Shown in pieces: positions 1-9,385 of a stretch of 32,000 nt of DNA. The stretch's first letter is position 1. The number at the start of each line of letters is the position of its first letter. Source of the stretch: Aliivibrio fischeri ES114 (GTDB lineage: Bacteria > Pseudomonadota > Gammaproteobacteria > Enterobacterales > Vibrionaceae); NCBI RefSeq assembly GCF_000011805.1, contig NC_006841.2. One strand, given 5' to 3'. The position numbers and the translations under genes are program-made. The notes under the pieces were generated by a model. The model did no database searches and had not been told where the DNA came from. It was given only the letters and a program-made list of their open reading frames with translations.

Positions 1-1
1 A

Positions 2-64
2 TTCGGTTTGCGTCCTTATCAAGCGTTAAGTGGGCATGATGTTTTAGGTCTCAAAAAAAATTAA
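2..64 (+). CDS. 3' end of an MscS-family mechanosensitive channel gene (truncated by window edge)
   Basis: Frame starting at base 2 reads FGLRPYQALSGHDVLGLKKN*, nearly identical to the C-terminal part (FNLRPYQALSGHD) of the protein encoded at 219-1493. Confidence 0.8.
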   Translation, partial: FGLRPYQALSGHDVLGLKKN

Positions 65-218
65 GCAATACCATAATAATACCAGTTCTTAAACTGGTAC
101 TTTTCACATTTATCTTTTTCGATTAATAGCATAGATTAGCTCCCCATATGTTTATTAAGTCTGAATTTATATTAGGAATACTATTTTTTGATTCGAGAAA
201 AATAAATAGGGAGCAGCT

Positions 219-1493
219 TTGTTAGATCTTCGAATTCGTAACTATGTGACTGATAAATTAAATGTTTTCGGTTTTCATGATGAGCCTTATGGTGTAGAAC
301 TTGCGATTGTTGTTATTGTCATTGTTATTAGTGTTTCTATTGGATATTTAATTACTCGACATGTCATAGTTAAAATCGTTAATAATATTCTTCACAAAAC
401 TAATGAGTCTTTATTTCTGTATTTATCTAGTCATAAAGTAGGACAAAAACTGACTGTTCTCGTGCCTATTATTGTCTTCGATTTGCTATTTCCTTTTGCT
501 CTTGGGTATAACACACAACTGGCACATATTACGGATAAGTTGCTAAGCATATTGATTGTAACCATATTTACCTCAATGTTATTTAGCTTACTTGATGCGT
601 TGAATGATATGGCTACGAGTAAAGATGTTACACGTAGAATGCCAATAAAAAGTCTTGTGCAACTTATTAAATTATTCGCATTTATTATCTGTATTATTCT
701 ATGTCTCGCTATTTTTATTGAAGAATCACCAGTCATTTTCTTGAGTGGTTTAGGGGTCGCTACAGGGTTTGTCATGTTAGCGTTTAAAGACACAATTTTG
801 GGGTTTGTTGCGGGAATGCAACTGTCTTTAAATCGAATGGTAGGTTTGAATGAATGGATAGAAATGGATGAATATAAAGCTAATGGTACAGTTGAAGAGA
901 TTTCATTAACAACTGTAAAAATAAGGAATTTTGATAATACCGTGAGTATGTTACCCGCTTATGCCTTAGTTCAAAATGCTTTTGTTAACTGGCAAGGAAT
1001 GTCTGATTCAGGTGGAAGGCGAATTAAACGAGCGGTAAATATTGATGTAAATTCTATTCGCTTTATGACTGATGATGAGATTGAGTCACTCAAAAGTATT
1101 CGCATTTTACGTGAATACTTATTTGAAAAATCGAGTGAAATAAATACGTTTAATGAAGAGGTGGATGATATTCCTCACGTATGTAATGTTCGACAAATGA
1201 CTAATGTCGGTATTTTTCGTGCCTATCTAACGGCTTATTTACGTACACACAGGAATATCCACTCACATATGCTGTCTATGGTTCGGCAGTTAGAGCCTAC
1301 ACAGGAAGGATTACCATTACAGGTTTATGCTTTTACTAATAATCCTAGTTGGGCATTTTATGAAAGTGTGCAAGCGGATATTTTTGATCATATATACGCG
1401 ATTATGCCTTGGTTTAATTTACGACCTTATCAAGCATTAAGTGGGCATGATGCTTTGACTCTTGCTTCTAGCAATCCTCAACATTTATCGTGA
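219..1493 (+). CDS. MscS-family mechanosensitive ion channel (YbdG-like)
   Basis: Multiple N-terminal TM segments, MscS core segment FLSGLGVATGFVMLAFKDTILGFVAGMQLSLNRMVGLNEWIEM. TTG start preceded by AGGGAG. Confidence 0.85.
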   Translation: MLDLRIRNYVTDKLNVFGFHDEPYGVELAIVVIVIVISVSIGYLITRHVIVKIVNNILHKTNESLFLYLSSHKVGQKLTVLVPIIVFDLLFPFALGYNTQLAHITDKLLSILIVTIFTSMLFSLLDALNDMATSKDVTRRMPIKSLVQLIKLFAFIICIILCLAIFIEESPVIFLSGLGVATGFVMLAFKDTILGFVAGMQLSLNRMVGLNEWIEMDEYKANGTVEEISLTTVKIRNFDNTVSMLPAYALVQNAFVNWQGMSDSGGRRIKRAVNIDVNSIRFMTDDEIESLKSIRILREYLFEKSSEINTFNEEVDDIPHVCNVRQMTNVGIFRAYLTAYLRTHRNIHSHMLSMVRQLEPTQEGLPLQVYAFTNNPSWAFYESVQADIFDHIYAIMPWFNLRPYQALSGHDALTLASSNPQHLS

Positions 1494-1646
1494 AATAAAT
1501 ACTATTACGTTACTAGTATTTTATTTAATAGGCCACACCTTAATTCTTCTTTGATATTCATTATAGCAATGCATTTGTTATTGGTTTGTATTTCTGATTA
1601 AATTTCCACCGATTTTTGGTTGATTAAATCCATTACTTTCTAATTA

Positions 1647-1679
1647 ATCCAGTGTATCTGCAAAGTACACTGGATTTTT
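1647..1679 (+). terminator. Rho-independent terminator
   Basis: ATCCAGTGTA / TACACTGGAT stem followed by TTTT. Confidence 0.7.
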
Positions 1680-1784
1680 CTTATGTTTAGCAAATAAATG
1701 CATAAATGGGTGTTACTTACCATAGGGTTAATATGAATGGTTTGCTACAATCAGCGCCAATTATTGTCTATACATAGGTTCATC

Positions 1785-3041
1785 ATGTCATTTGCGTCTC
1801 TAGGATTAACAAAACAAATCCTAACAACGGTTGCAGAATTAGGTTTTAAAGAAGCAACACCCATTCAGGAACAAGCTATTCCACTAGTATTACAAGGACA
1901 TGATGTACTGGCTGGAGCACAAACTGGTACAGGTAAAACAGCAGCGTTTGGTCTACCGCTGATTCAACGTTTGATTGAAAGTCCAATTGAACGTCATGAA
2001 GAATCAAAAGTAGTACGAAGCTTAATACTTACGCCTACTCGTGAATTGGCTCAACAAGTTTTTGATAGTTTGGTGAGTTATACACAAAATACTGAATTAA
2101 AAGTTGTGGTGGCTTATGGCGGTACAAGTATTAACGTACAAAAAGAGAACTTGCTTGGTGGGGCTGATATATTGATTGCCACGCCTGGACGTTTATTGGA
2201 TCACTTACACATAAAAACCATCACGTTAAATCAAGCAGAGTATTTAGTATTAGATGAAGCTGACCGTATGTTAGATATGGGCTTTATTCCTGATATTAAA
2301 AAGATTCTGCGTAAAATGCCTGATGAACGTCAAACTTTGTTTTTTTCAGCAACATTCAGTAAGAAAGTAAGAGAAATTGCCTATTACATGCTGAACAAGC
2401 CTAAAGAAGTTCAAGTGACTCCGACCAATAGCACAGCAGAAACGGTTGAGCAGATGGTTTACCCAGTAGATAAACATCGTAAGAGTGAATTACTGGCTTA
2501 TTTAATTGGTTCTCGTAATTGGCAGCAAGTGTTGGTCTTTACTAAAACCAAACAAGGCTCTGATGAATTAGTAAAAGAGCTAAAAAAAGATGGGATAAAA
2601 GCCGCTTCTATTAATGGAGATAAAAGCCAAGGAGCACGCCTGAGAGCTTTAGAAGAGTTTAAGACAGGTAAGGTTCGTGCATTAATAGCAACAGATGTTG
2701 CTGCTCGTGGTTTAGATATAGAACAACTTGAATGTGTGATTAACTATGAATTGCCATTTAAAGCTGAAGATTATGTACACCGTATAGGACGAACAGGCAG
2801 AGCAGGGCATACGGGTAAAGCAATCTCTTTAATGAGTATGGATGAAGAGTATTTATTAAAGGCGATTGAAACGTTATTAGATACACGCTTACCCCAAGAG
2901 TGGCTACAAGGGTATGAACCCGATCCAAACGCTCCGTTAAGAGAAGATCGTCCAAGACAGAGTCGTGGTCGCTCGTCAGATAAACGAAAAATGAAAGCAA
3001 AATTAAAAATTCATGCAAATCGCGGAAAAAATAAGCGATAA
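1785..3041 (+). CDS. rhlE: DEAD-box ATP-dependent RNA helicase RhlE-type
   Basis: MSFASLGLTKQIL..., AQTGTGKT, PTRELAQQ, DEAD, SAT, HRIGRTGR motifs; basic C-terminus. ORF track start is ATG 1737; ATG 1785 matches the usual RhlE N-terminus (MSF.SLGL). Confidence 0.85.
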   Translation: MSFASLGLTKQILTTVAELGFKEATPIQEQAIPLVLQGHDVLAGAQTGTGKTAAFGLPLIQRLIESPIERHEESKVVRSLILTPTRELAQQVFDSLVSYTQNTELKVVVAYGGTSINVQKENLLGGADILIATPGRLLDHLHIKTITLNQAEYLVLDEADRMLDMGFIPDIKKILRKMPDERQTLFFSATFSKKVREIAYYMLNKPKEVQVTPTNSTAETVEQMVYPVDKHRKSELLAYLIGSRNWQQVLVFTKTKQGSDELVKELKKDGIKAASINGDKSQGARLRALEEFKTGKVRALIATDVAARGLDIEQLECVINYELPFKAEDYVHRIGRTGRAGHTGKAISLMSMDEEYLLKAIETLLDTRLPQEWLQGYEPDPNAPLREDRPRQSRGRSSDKRKMKAKLKIHANRGKNKR

Positions 3042-3050
3042 AAACAAATA

Positions 3051-3077
3051 AAAAAGGTGCGTACAGCACCTTTTTTT
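3051..3077 (+). terminator. Rho-independent terminator
   Basis: AAAAAGGTGC ... GCACCTTTTTTT. Confidence 0.85.
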
Positions 3078-3315
3078 AAATGTAAATGTTACTACAATGT
3101 TTGTATTCGTTAAAAACATTGCTAATATCTATCGGTTGCTTCTAAGTATTCTGTGATTTGATTCTAAAAAACGCAGTTGTATCTCATTTTTAATACAGAT
3201 TCTATCTATTTGTAAATCAGTGTAAAAGAAGATTGATTATGAAAAGCTGGAGAGTATTATTCATCGAAAACTGAAGCCGCTTTTGGATTACTTACCTTCA
3301 GTATTTGGAGTTTTT

Positions 3316-4194
3316 ATGTCGCAAAGAGCACTTACTGTACTTTGCTTGTTATTCTTATCTTATTCATCTTCATTGTTTGCAGAGTCCTTTACGTTACCTA
3401 TTTGGAAAGATGAAGCAGAAGCTCGTGGTTATGATTTACCTGAAGCATTTGGATTAAATATTAGTTATATGAAACAAACTCAGGATATCTCTGTAGATAG
3501 TGTGGGTTTTGAAGGAACTGTTCCTGCGTTATTGCCTTGGAATCCACCTCATCAAATTAGTGATTTAGTGGAAGTTGAACCTATAGGAAACGGTAAACAA
3601 ATGAGTGAAGTGCTGACATTACGCGGTGATGTTTGGCTTTTTCCTTTTTTGAATTTGTATGGAATTGTTGGTCAGTTAAAAGGGTACTCGGAAACCACGA
3701 TTAATGTTAAACCGTTTGGTAAAGAAGCGGGTATAAAAATGCCATTTCGCCTAGATTTAAATGGCACACTTTATGGCGCTGGTTTTGTATTAGCGGGTGG
3801 ATATAAAGATGTATTTGCTTTGGCTGATGCCAGTTATACGGAAACAGAGCTTAATGTTATTGATGGTACTATTAGCTCCATTGTTATTTCTCCACGTATT
3901 GGTTATGACTTTAATCGTTTAGGCGCACCACTTCGTTTGTGGGTTGGTGCTATGTATCAAGATGTTGAGCAGTCATTATCTGGTAATTTAACCGATATTG
4001 GTTTAACGGGTAGTTTGGGTAGTCTAGTTGGTAAAGTGGATAATGGCCGTTTTAATGTTGAGCAACACCTAGTGACACCATGGAACCCTCTCATTGGTAT
4101 GCAATATAAGCTACATGACCGATTGTATTTACTAGGTGAAGCAGGGCTTGGTGATCGTAAAAGCATTTTCTTTACCGTTGATATGCGATTCTAA
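3316..4194 (+). CDS. Exported probable outer-membrane beta-barrel protein, uncharacterised
   Basis: Signal peptide MSQRALTVLCLLFLSYSSSLFAES; alternating beta-strand-like sequence; C-terminal ...SIFFTVDMRF ending in Phe. ORF track starts at 3283 but the signal peptide starts at Met 3316. Confidence 0.7.
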   Translation: MSQRALTVLCLLFLSYSSSLFAESFTLPIWKDEAEARGYDLPEAFGLNISYMKQTQDISVDSVGFEGTVPALLPWNPPHQISDLVEVEPIGNGKQMSEVLTLRGDVWLFPFLNLYGIVGQLKGYSETTINVKPFGKEAGIKMPFRLDLNGTLYGAGFVLAGGYKDVFALADASYTETELNVIDGTISSIVISPRIGYDFNRLGAPLRLWVGAMYQDVEQSLSGNLTDIGLTGSLGSLVGKVDNGRFNVEQHLVTPWNPLIGMQYKLHDRLYLLGEAGLGDRKSIFFTVDMRF

Positions 4195-4197
4195 ACA

Positions 4198-5322
4198 ATG
4201 ACACTTTTAAAAATATCGACGGCAGTATTATTGAGCTGCTACGCATTATCGATCTCGGCAAAAGAAGAACCACAAAGTTGGGTCGACACTTTTCTTGAAG
4301 AATTAGGTTCATCTGAAGATATCGATGTTAGCCAAGGTGTTGATTGGGCAGTGCTTCCTGGCCCTTTTGCTAACCCTGAGCAAGGCTTTGGTCTCGGTAT
4401 TGCCGCTGTTGGCTTATATTCGCCATTAGAAAATAAAGACAGCGCTCCATTATCTACGGTTAGTATTACAGGTTATGGTTCGAGCTCTGGTTCCTATGGA
4501 ATAGGGATTAATAACCGAACTTATTTTGAAAACGATGAAATTCGATTTTTAGTTCAAGCAAAAGCAAGTCATACGCCCGAATACTATTGGGGGATTGGGA
4601 AAGAGCAAGCTGAGAACGAAGGAAACAAAACTTTAGTTGAAGCTGAAATCTTTGGGTTTACCCCGAAAATAGCGTATCAATTTTATCCTAATACTTATTT
4701 GCTAGCAGGTTTTGATTTGGAGAGTCACCGTAAGCAGACGACAGATTCGTTGCTTCTGCATTCAAAAGACTTAGAGGATACGCTCTTAACAGCAGCAACC
4801 ATTAGCCTTGAATATGATAGTCGAGATTTTGAACTTAATGCATACAGCGGTACGTTACTCAGTATTAATTGGAATGAATACAGTAAGTCGCTAGGTTCGG
4901 ATTATGAATTTAATAAAGCGACCTTTAACTATCGCCAATATTACAGAGTAACAAGCGATACTGTACTGGCTTGGGAAGCATACAGCGAAACAGTGCAAGG
5001 CGATGTCCCTTGGTTTGCTTTGTCTTCATTAGGTAGTGATAAGCGTATGCGAGGCTATTACAGCGGACAGTATAGGGATAATACACAAGCATCAGCTCAA
5101 ATCGAAGTGCGTCATCAGTTTAATCACCGTCATGGCATGGTTGCATGGGTTGGTGGTGGTAATGTTGCTGATTCTTATCAACAGTTATTTGATAGTAAAT
5201 GGCTACTTACGTATGGAGTAGGTTACCGGTTTGCTTTCAAACCAAGAGTCAATGTCAGACTTGATTACGGTATAGGTAAAGATAGCCAAGCCGTGTATTT
5301 TCAAATTAACGAAGCATTTTAA
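4198..5322 (+). CDS. Omp85/BamA-type outer-membrane barrel protein without apparent POTRA domains
   Basis: Signal peptide (MTLLKISTAVLLSCYALSISA), LGSDKRMRGYYSGQYRDN containing an RGY motif as in the Omp85 L6 loop, C-terminal Phe, length only 374 aa. Confidence 0.7.
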   Translation: MTLLKISTAVLLSCYALSISAKEEPQSWVDTFLEELGSSEDIDVSQGVDWAVLPGPFANPEQGFGLGIAAVGLYSPLENKDSAPLSTVSITGYGSSSGSYGIGINNRTYFENDEIRFLVQAKASHTPEYYWGIGKEQAENEGNKTLVEAEIFGFTPKIAYQFYPNTYLLAGFDLESHRKQTTDSLLLHSKDLEDTLLTAATISLEYDSRDFELNAYSGTLLSINWNEYSKSLGSDYEFNKATFNYRQYYRVTSDTVLAWEAYSETVQGDVPWFALSSLGSDKRMRGYYSGQYRDNTQASAQIEVRHQFNHRHGMVAWVGGGNVADSYQQLFDSKWLLTYGVGYRFAFKPRVNVRLDYGIGKDSQAVYFQINEAF

Positions 5323-5332
5323 GGGCGGGAAT

Positions 5333-6385
5333 ATGAATAACAAATCTTTATTCATGATAGCGACCAGTCTTCTTTTCGGAAGCTCATTTTCAGTATATGC
5401 GGATGCTCCAGTTGGTGTGAGGCCATGTTGTGCATTTGGCACTAATTTACAAACAGAAGTAGGGGGGATTCCTGTCCCATTTGTCTCTGTAGAAAATGTA
5501 TTAAATATTGATGATCTTGGTGATCATATATACAACGATGGTAGCCAAAGCGTAGCAAGCAGTTTGATGGGGCTTGGTGATGAGAGTAATGGTATTTTTT
5601 ATTCTGAAAAAGGTGGATTTTTAGATTCAGCACACGTTCGTGATACCGCAGATTTTACTTACTATTTATATACTGAATTTAAAGCTCATTTAGGAACTGA
5701 TTACTCGATTACCTTATCGCCTGAGTTAAAAGATAGAGTGATCCAATTAACTGAATCAAAAAGCAATTTTACTTTTGAAGAGAAACAAAATATCAGTGTG
5801 GAACTAGCGGCTTTAACTGCATATCGCCTTGCTCAATGGCATGAAATAGCTCAATGGTTTGGTATGGAATCGGTTGGTGGTTTTAAAGAGTTGGCCTCTG
5901 CATTTTCGCCGGAAGATTTATATTCGAATATGCTTGGTGCAAAAATAGCGAGTTCTGTTATTGCTAAAAATCCAAATTTGTCAAAAGATGATTTTTCAAA
6001 AGCGATGACAAAAGCCATTGAAGCTAAATTTATTGAGCTTGGTGTAGTATCGAAAGAAGAGTCAAAAGCTCAAATCAAAAGCATGGATGGAGTATGGTGG
6101 GATAGCGATAAGCGATTACCAAATAAATGGGTTGTTATTCATCGTGAATATCACTTAGGGACAGATCTTCGACCAAATGGTTTTAAAAATGGAGTGGAAG
6201 AGAGCTTATCAACGGAATATGAAGCGTTAGCTACGTTTAAGTTAATCCATAATAAAAATGATAAAGCGTTTAATGCGTTACCTGAAGCTTTGAGAAATAA
6301 AGCTTATTGGACTCCAAGCGATTTCCAAACGATAGCCGATTTTGCTAAGGAGCAAGACGAAAAAGAGCAAGCAAAAAATAAATAA
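5333..6385 (+). CDS. Exported protein resembling the DUF4056 family
   Basis: Signal peptide ending SVYA; RPCCAFGTNL, GGFLDSAHVRDTADF and HEIAQWFG motifs. Family name is from memory. Confidence 0.6.
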   Translation: MNNKSLFMIATSLLFGSSFSVYADAPVGVRPCCAFGTNLQTEVGGIPVPFVSVENVLNIDDLGDHIYNDGSQSVASSLMGLGDESNGIFYSEKGGFLDSAHVRDTADFTYYLYTEFKAHLGTDYSITLSPELKDRVIQLTESKSNFTFEEKQNISVELAALTAYRLAQWHEIAQWFGMESVGGFKELASAFSPEDLYSNMLGAKIASSVIAKNPNLSKDDFSKAMTKAIEAKFIELGVVSKEESKAQIKSMDGVWWDSDKRLPNKWVVIHREYHLGTDLRPNGFKNGVEESLSTEYEALATFKLIHNKNDKAFNALPEALRNKAYWTPSDFQTIADFAKEQDEKEQAKNK

Positions 6386-6403
6386 TATCGCTTTATTAAT
6401 AAT

Positions 6404-6446
6404 AAAAGCCCTGTTTCGATTTCTCGTATCAGGGCTTTATTTTTAA
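6404..6446. terminator. Intrinsic terminator between convergent genes
   Basis: AAAGCCCTG ... CAGGGCTTT followed by ATTTTT. Confidence 0.8.
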
Positions 6447-6463
6447 TTATAACATTAAACAAC

Positions 6464-8065
6464 TTACGCTTTTGCTTTACCCATATTTGGTGTCGTACCA
6501 AATTTTTCAGTGCTAAAGCCTTTAATTAAACTGACACACATCATAAGAAGAATAAACGTAAATGGTAGTGCTGTTGATACAGTACCTGCTTGTAGCGCTT
6601 GCATAGCTTCTGTACCACCAACCCACAGTAGTACCGCTGCAATCGATCCTTGAACAGTTGCCCAGAAAATACGCTGAGGAACTGGTGCATCAACTTTACC
6701 ACCAGCAGTAATACTATCGATAACTAATGAGCCAGAATCTGATGATGTTACAAAAAACACCATAATCAGTACGATAGAAATAACTGAAAGAGCAGTGCTC
6801 ATAGGAATCGCATCATACATATTAAACAGTGCCATAGTGATGTCTTGTAGACCATTCTCACCCAACTCACCAACTTTATTTACGACTTGTTCAATTGCAA
6901 TACCACCGAATGCAGACATCCATAATGCAGTTGCCAACGTTGGAATGATCATTACAGAGATCAAGAATTGACGAACAGTACGACCTTTAGATACACGAGC
7001 AATGAACATACCTACGAATGGGGACCATGAAATCCACCAAGCCCAGTAGAATACTGTCCAACCGTGCATCCAACCTTCATCTTCACGACCATGAGGATTA
7101 CTTAGTGGAATGATGTTTTCAATATACCCTGTCACTGTTAATGGTAATGCACTCATTACATCAGAGAAACCAATGAAAATAATGAAGAATAATAAAGCAA
7201 CAGCCACAAGCATGTTGACGTTACTTAATAGTTTTACACCGCCATCAATGCCTCGTATTACCGAGATCATAGCAAGCATGGTCACAAAAATGATTACGCC
7301 AATTTGCATGTTAACGCCACCATCGGTACCAAATACATGATTGATACCACCAGCAGCTTGTTGAGCTCCTAGACCAAGAGAGGTTGCAAGGCCAAATAGT
7401 GTCGCTAGTACGGTTAGAATATCAATGATATGACCGAACCAACCCCATGTTCTATCACCTAAAATTGGATAGAAGACAGAGCGCATTGATAGTGGTAAGC
7501 CTTTATTAAAAGTAAAGAATGCTAAAGAGAGGGCCACTAAGCCATATATTGCCCATGGGTGGATACCCCAGTGGTACATAGTGCCGCCCAATGCTAGTTT
7601 TTTAGCTTCTTCGGTAAATGGTTCAACATCTAAAGGGGTGCCATACCAATCAGTAAAATAAGCAAGAGGCTCAGCAACGCCATAGAACATTAAACCAATA
7701 CCCATACCAGCAGCAAATAGCATTGCCATCCATGAGATTGTAGAGTGTTCAGGTTTTGCCTTGTCGCCACCAATGCGAATTTTGCCAAAAGGAGAAATGA
7801 TTAGCGCTAAACAGAATATCAGAAAGATATTACTAGACCACATAAAGAGGCCATCAAAATTGTTGATGATTTGCCACTTAACACCGTCAAGAAGGGATTT
7901 TGCTTCTGTTGGGTCCATAACTAGAAGCACAGTAAGAAAAAGAATAATGGAACCAGCACTAATACCAAAAACCTGATTATGAATATCAAAACCCCATTTT
8001 TGGATATTGTCCTGTCCAACCTCGTAGTCAGTACTGTCTATACTGTACTTATCCGTAGTACTCAT
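6464..8065 (-). CDS. BCCT-family (betaine/carnitine/choline) transporter
   Basis: 533 aa, many TM helices, MGIGLMFYGVAEP, MYHWGIHPWAIY and WAWWISWSPFVGMFIARVSKGRTVR signature. Confidence 0.95.
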   Translation of the reverse strand: MSTTDKYSIDSTDYEVGQDNIQKWGFDIHNQVFGISAGSIILFLTVLLVMDPTEAKSLLDGVKWQIINNFDGLFMWSSNIFLIFCLALIISPFGKIRIGGDKAKPEHSTISWMAMLFAAGMGIGLMFYGVAEPLAYFTDWYGTPLDVEPFTEEAKKLALGGTMYHWGIHPWAIYGLVALSLAFFTFNKGLPLSMRSVFYPILGDRTWGWFGHIIDILTVLATLFGLATSLGLGAQQAAGGINHVFGTDGGVNMQIGVIIFVTMLAMISVIRGIDGGVKLLSNVNMLVAVALLFFIIFIGFSDVMSALPLTVTGYIENIIPLSNPHGREDEGWMHGWTVFYWAWWISWSPFVGMFIARVSKGRTVRQFLISVMIIPTLATALWMSAFGGIAIEQVVNKVGELGENGLQDITMALFNMYDAIPMSTALSVISIVLIMVFFVTSSDSGSLVIDSITAGGKVDAPVPQRIFWATVQGSIAAVLLWVGGTEAMQALQAGTVSTALPFTFILLMMCVSLIKGFSTEKFGTTPNMGKAKA

Positions 8066-8203
8066 GTGTCCTCACATTAAAATATAATGGCTCCCATTGG
8101 AGACCATCAAATGACTGCAACATCAATGTAACAGTTTTTTCATGAGGATAATATCAGAGTTGAGAATCCAATAACATATATAATTTTTTTATTGATATAA
8201 ATA

Positions 8204-8236
8204 AAAACGCCTTAAAACAGTGTTTTAAGGCGTTTT
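8204..8236 (-). terminator. Terminator hairpin downstream of the HlyD-family gene
   Basis: Perfect 16-bp inverted repeat AAAACGCCTTAAAACA-g-TGTTTTAAGGCGTTTT, followed by a T-rich tail on the minus strand. Confidence 0.8.
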
Positions 8237-8254
8237 GATACAGATTAAAGGTGA

Positions 8255-9385
8255 TTAGTGGTCAAGGTATAGATAGTTTTGCCAAGATTTCATACGAATT
8301 AATACTTTACGCATAATTGAAACATGTTCGAAGCTATCAGAGTAAACGGAAATCTCAGCGTTTGAACCAGCTGGAAGGTGAAATTCAGATACATCATCAG
8401 TCAGTTTCAGTTTTACTAATGCTCGACCATTTGTACGGATTGCATTTGTTCCTAAAAGAGCTCCAGATGCTTGGATTTGACCTTCACCAATTGCAGGAAT
8501 AACTTCGACGACTTCTCCTTTAAACACACGTCCAGGAATCGCTCTGAAAAGAAACTCAGCTTCAAAGCCTGCTCGTAATCGTTGTAATGAGTTTTGTCTG
8601 AAAGCACCAACAAAGTATTGATCTTCTGTATGTACAAACGTCATTACAGGGCGAAGTGGAATAGGGACTGCCATCATACCTGGACGTAGCGCCATTTGAG
8701 TTACATACCCATCTGTTGGTGCTTTTACAATTGTTTCGTCAAGATTAAATTGCGCTTGTTCTAACTCTGCACGCATACGAGCTACAGTAGTGTTTTCCCC
8801 GTTTATTTCAGACTCTAGTGCAAGCTTTGCTTGTTGCTCTTGAGCTTGAACCGATTCTAATGTTGCTTCAGAAGCTTTGTATGTTTGTTTACGAGTATCA
8901 AGTTGTTGAGCAGTGAAAGCACCTTTTTTATAGCCTTTTTCATAACGTTTAAATTCACGATAGGCTTTATCTTTATCTGCTGTCGCTTTTATTGTGTTTG
9001 ATTGTGCTGACTTATAAACTGATTCTAACTGAAGTGCTGCTTGTTCAGCTTCACTTAAAGCAGCTTGTTTACGAATAACTTCAGCTTGAAAAGGAATTGG
9101 GTCAATTTTAAATAAAACATCACCAGCGGCAACAGGTTGGTTTGGTGTAACGTTAACCTCGATAACTTTGCCTCTAACACTTGGAACAATTGGCGTGGTT
9201 ACATAAAATTGTCCACCAAATTGAGTAAATGGGTGGTTGTAGTTCATTAATAGAACTAGAGTTCCAACTAATACAACGCCGCCTAAACCTGCGGTAGGCA
9301 CTGTCCATTTGTTTAGTGGAATATTAAAGATTTTAAATACCGCAATACATAACGCGGTGTACGTCAAAATAAGCAATAAATCCAT
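8255..9385 (-). CDS. HlyD/EmrA-family membrane fusion protein (YiaV/YibH-like)
   Basis: N-terminal TM, split lipoyl/biotinyl-like halves (VRGKVIEVNVTPNQPVAAGDVLFKIDP and VKAPTDGYVTQM), coiled coil; paired with a DUF3302 gene as in E. coli yiaVW and yibHI. Confidence 0.85.
   Translation of the reverse strand: MDLLLILTYTALCIAVFKIFNIPLNKWTVPTAGLGGVVLVGTLVLLMNYNHPFTQFGGQFYVTTPIVPSVRGKVIEVNVTPNQPVAAGDVLFKIDPIPFQAEVIRKQAALSEAEQAALQLESVYKSAQSNTIKATADKDKAYREFKRYEKGYKKGAFTAQQLDTRKQTYKASEATLESVQAQEQQAKLALESEINGENTTVARMRAELEQAQFNLDETIVKAPTDGYVTQMALRPGMMAVPIPLRPVMTFVHTEDQYFVGAFRQNSLQRLRAGFEAEFLFRAIPGRVFKGEVVEVIPAIGEGQIQASGALLGTNAIRTNGRALVKLKLTDDVSEFHLPAGSNAEISVYSDSFEHVSIMRKVLIRMKSWQNYLYLDH

Noticed and set aside
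431-793. Antisense 120-aa ORF inside the MscS gene
   Set aside because: No family motifs, opposite a well-supported coding gene, no ribosome-binding site or promoter case.
2758-3069. Antisense 103-aa ORF at the 3' end of rhlE, crossing its terminator
   Set aside because: Overlaps conserved helicase coding sequence; composition typical of a shadow ORF.
5203-5633. Two antisense ORFs (79 and 63 aa) across the Omp85-like/DUF4056-like junction
   Set aside because: They overlap two plus-strand genes with signal peptides; no recognisable domain.
8204-8236. 33-bp near-perfect palindrome considered as a mobile-element end or operator
   Set aside because: Its location just after the HlyD-family stop, with a T-rich tail on the minus strand, fits an ordinary intrinsic terminator.
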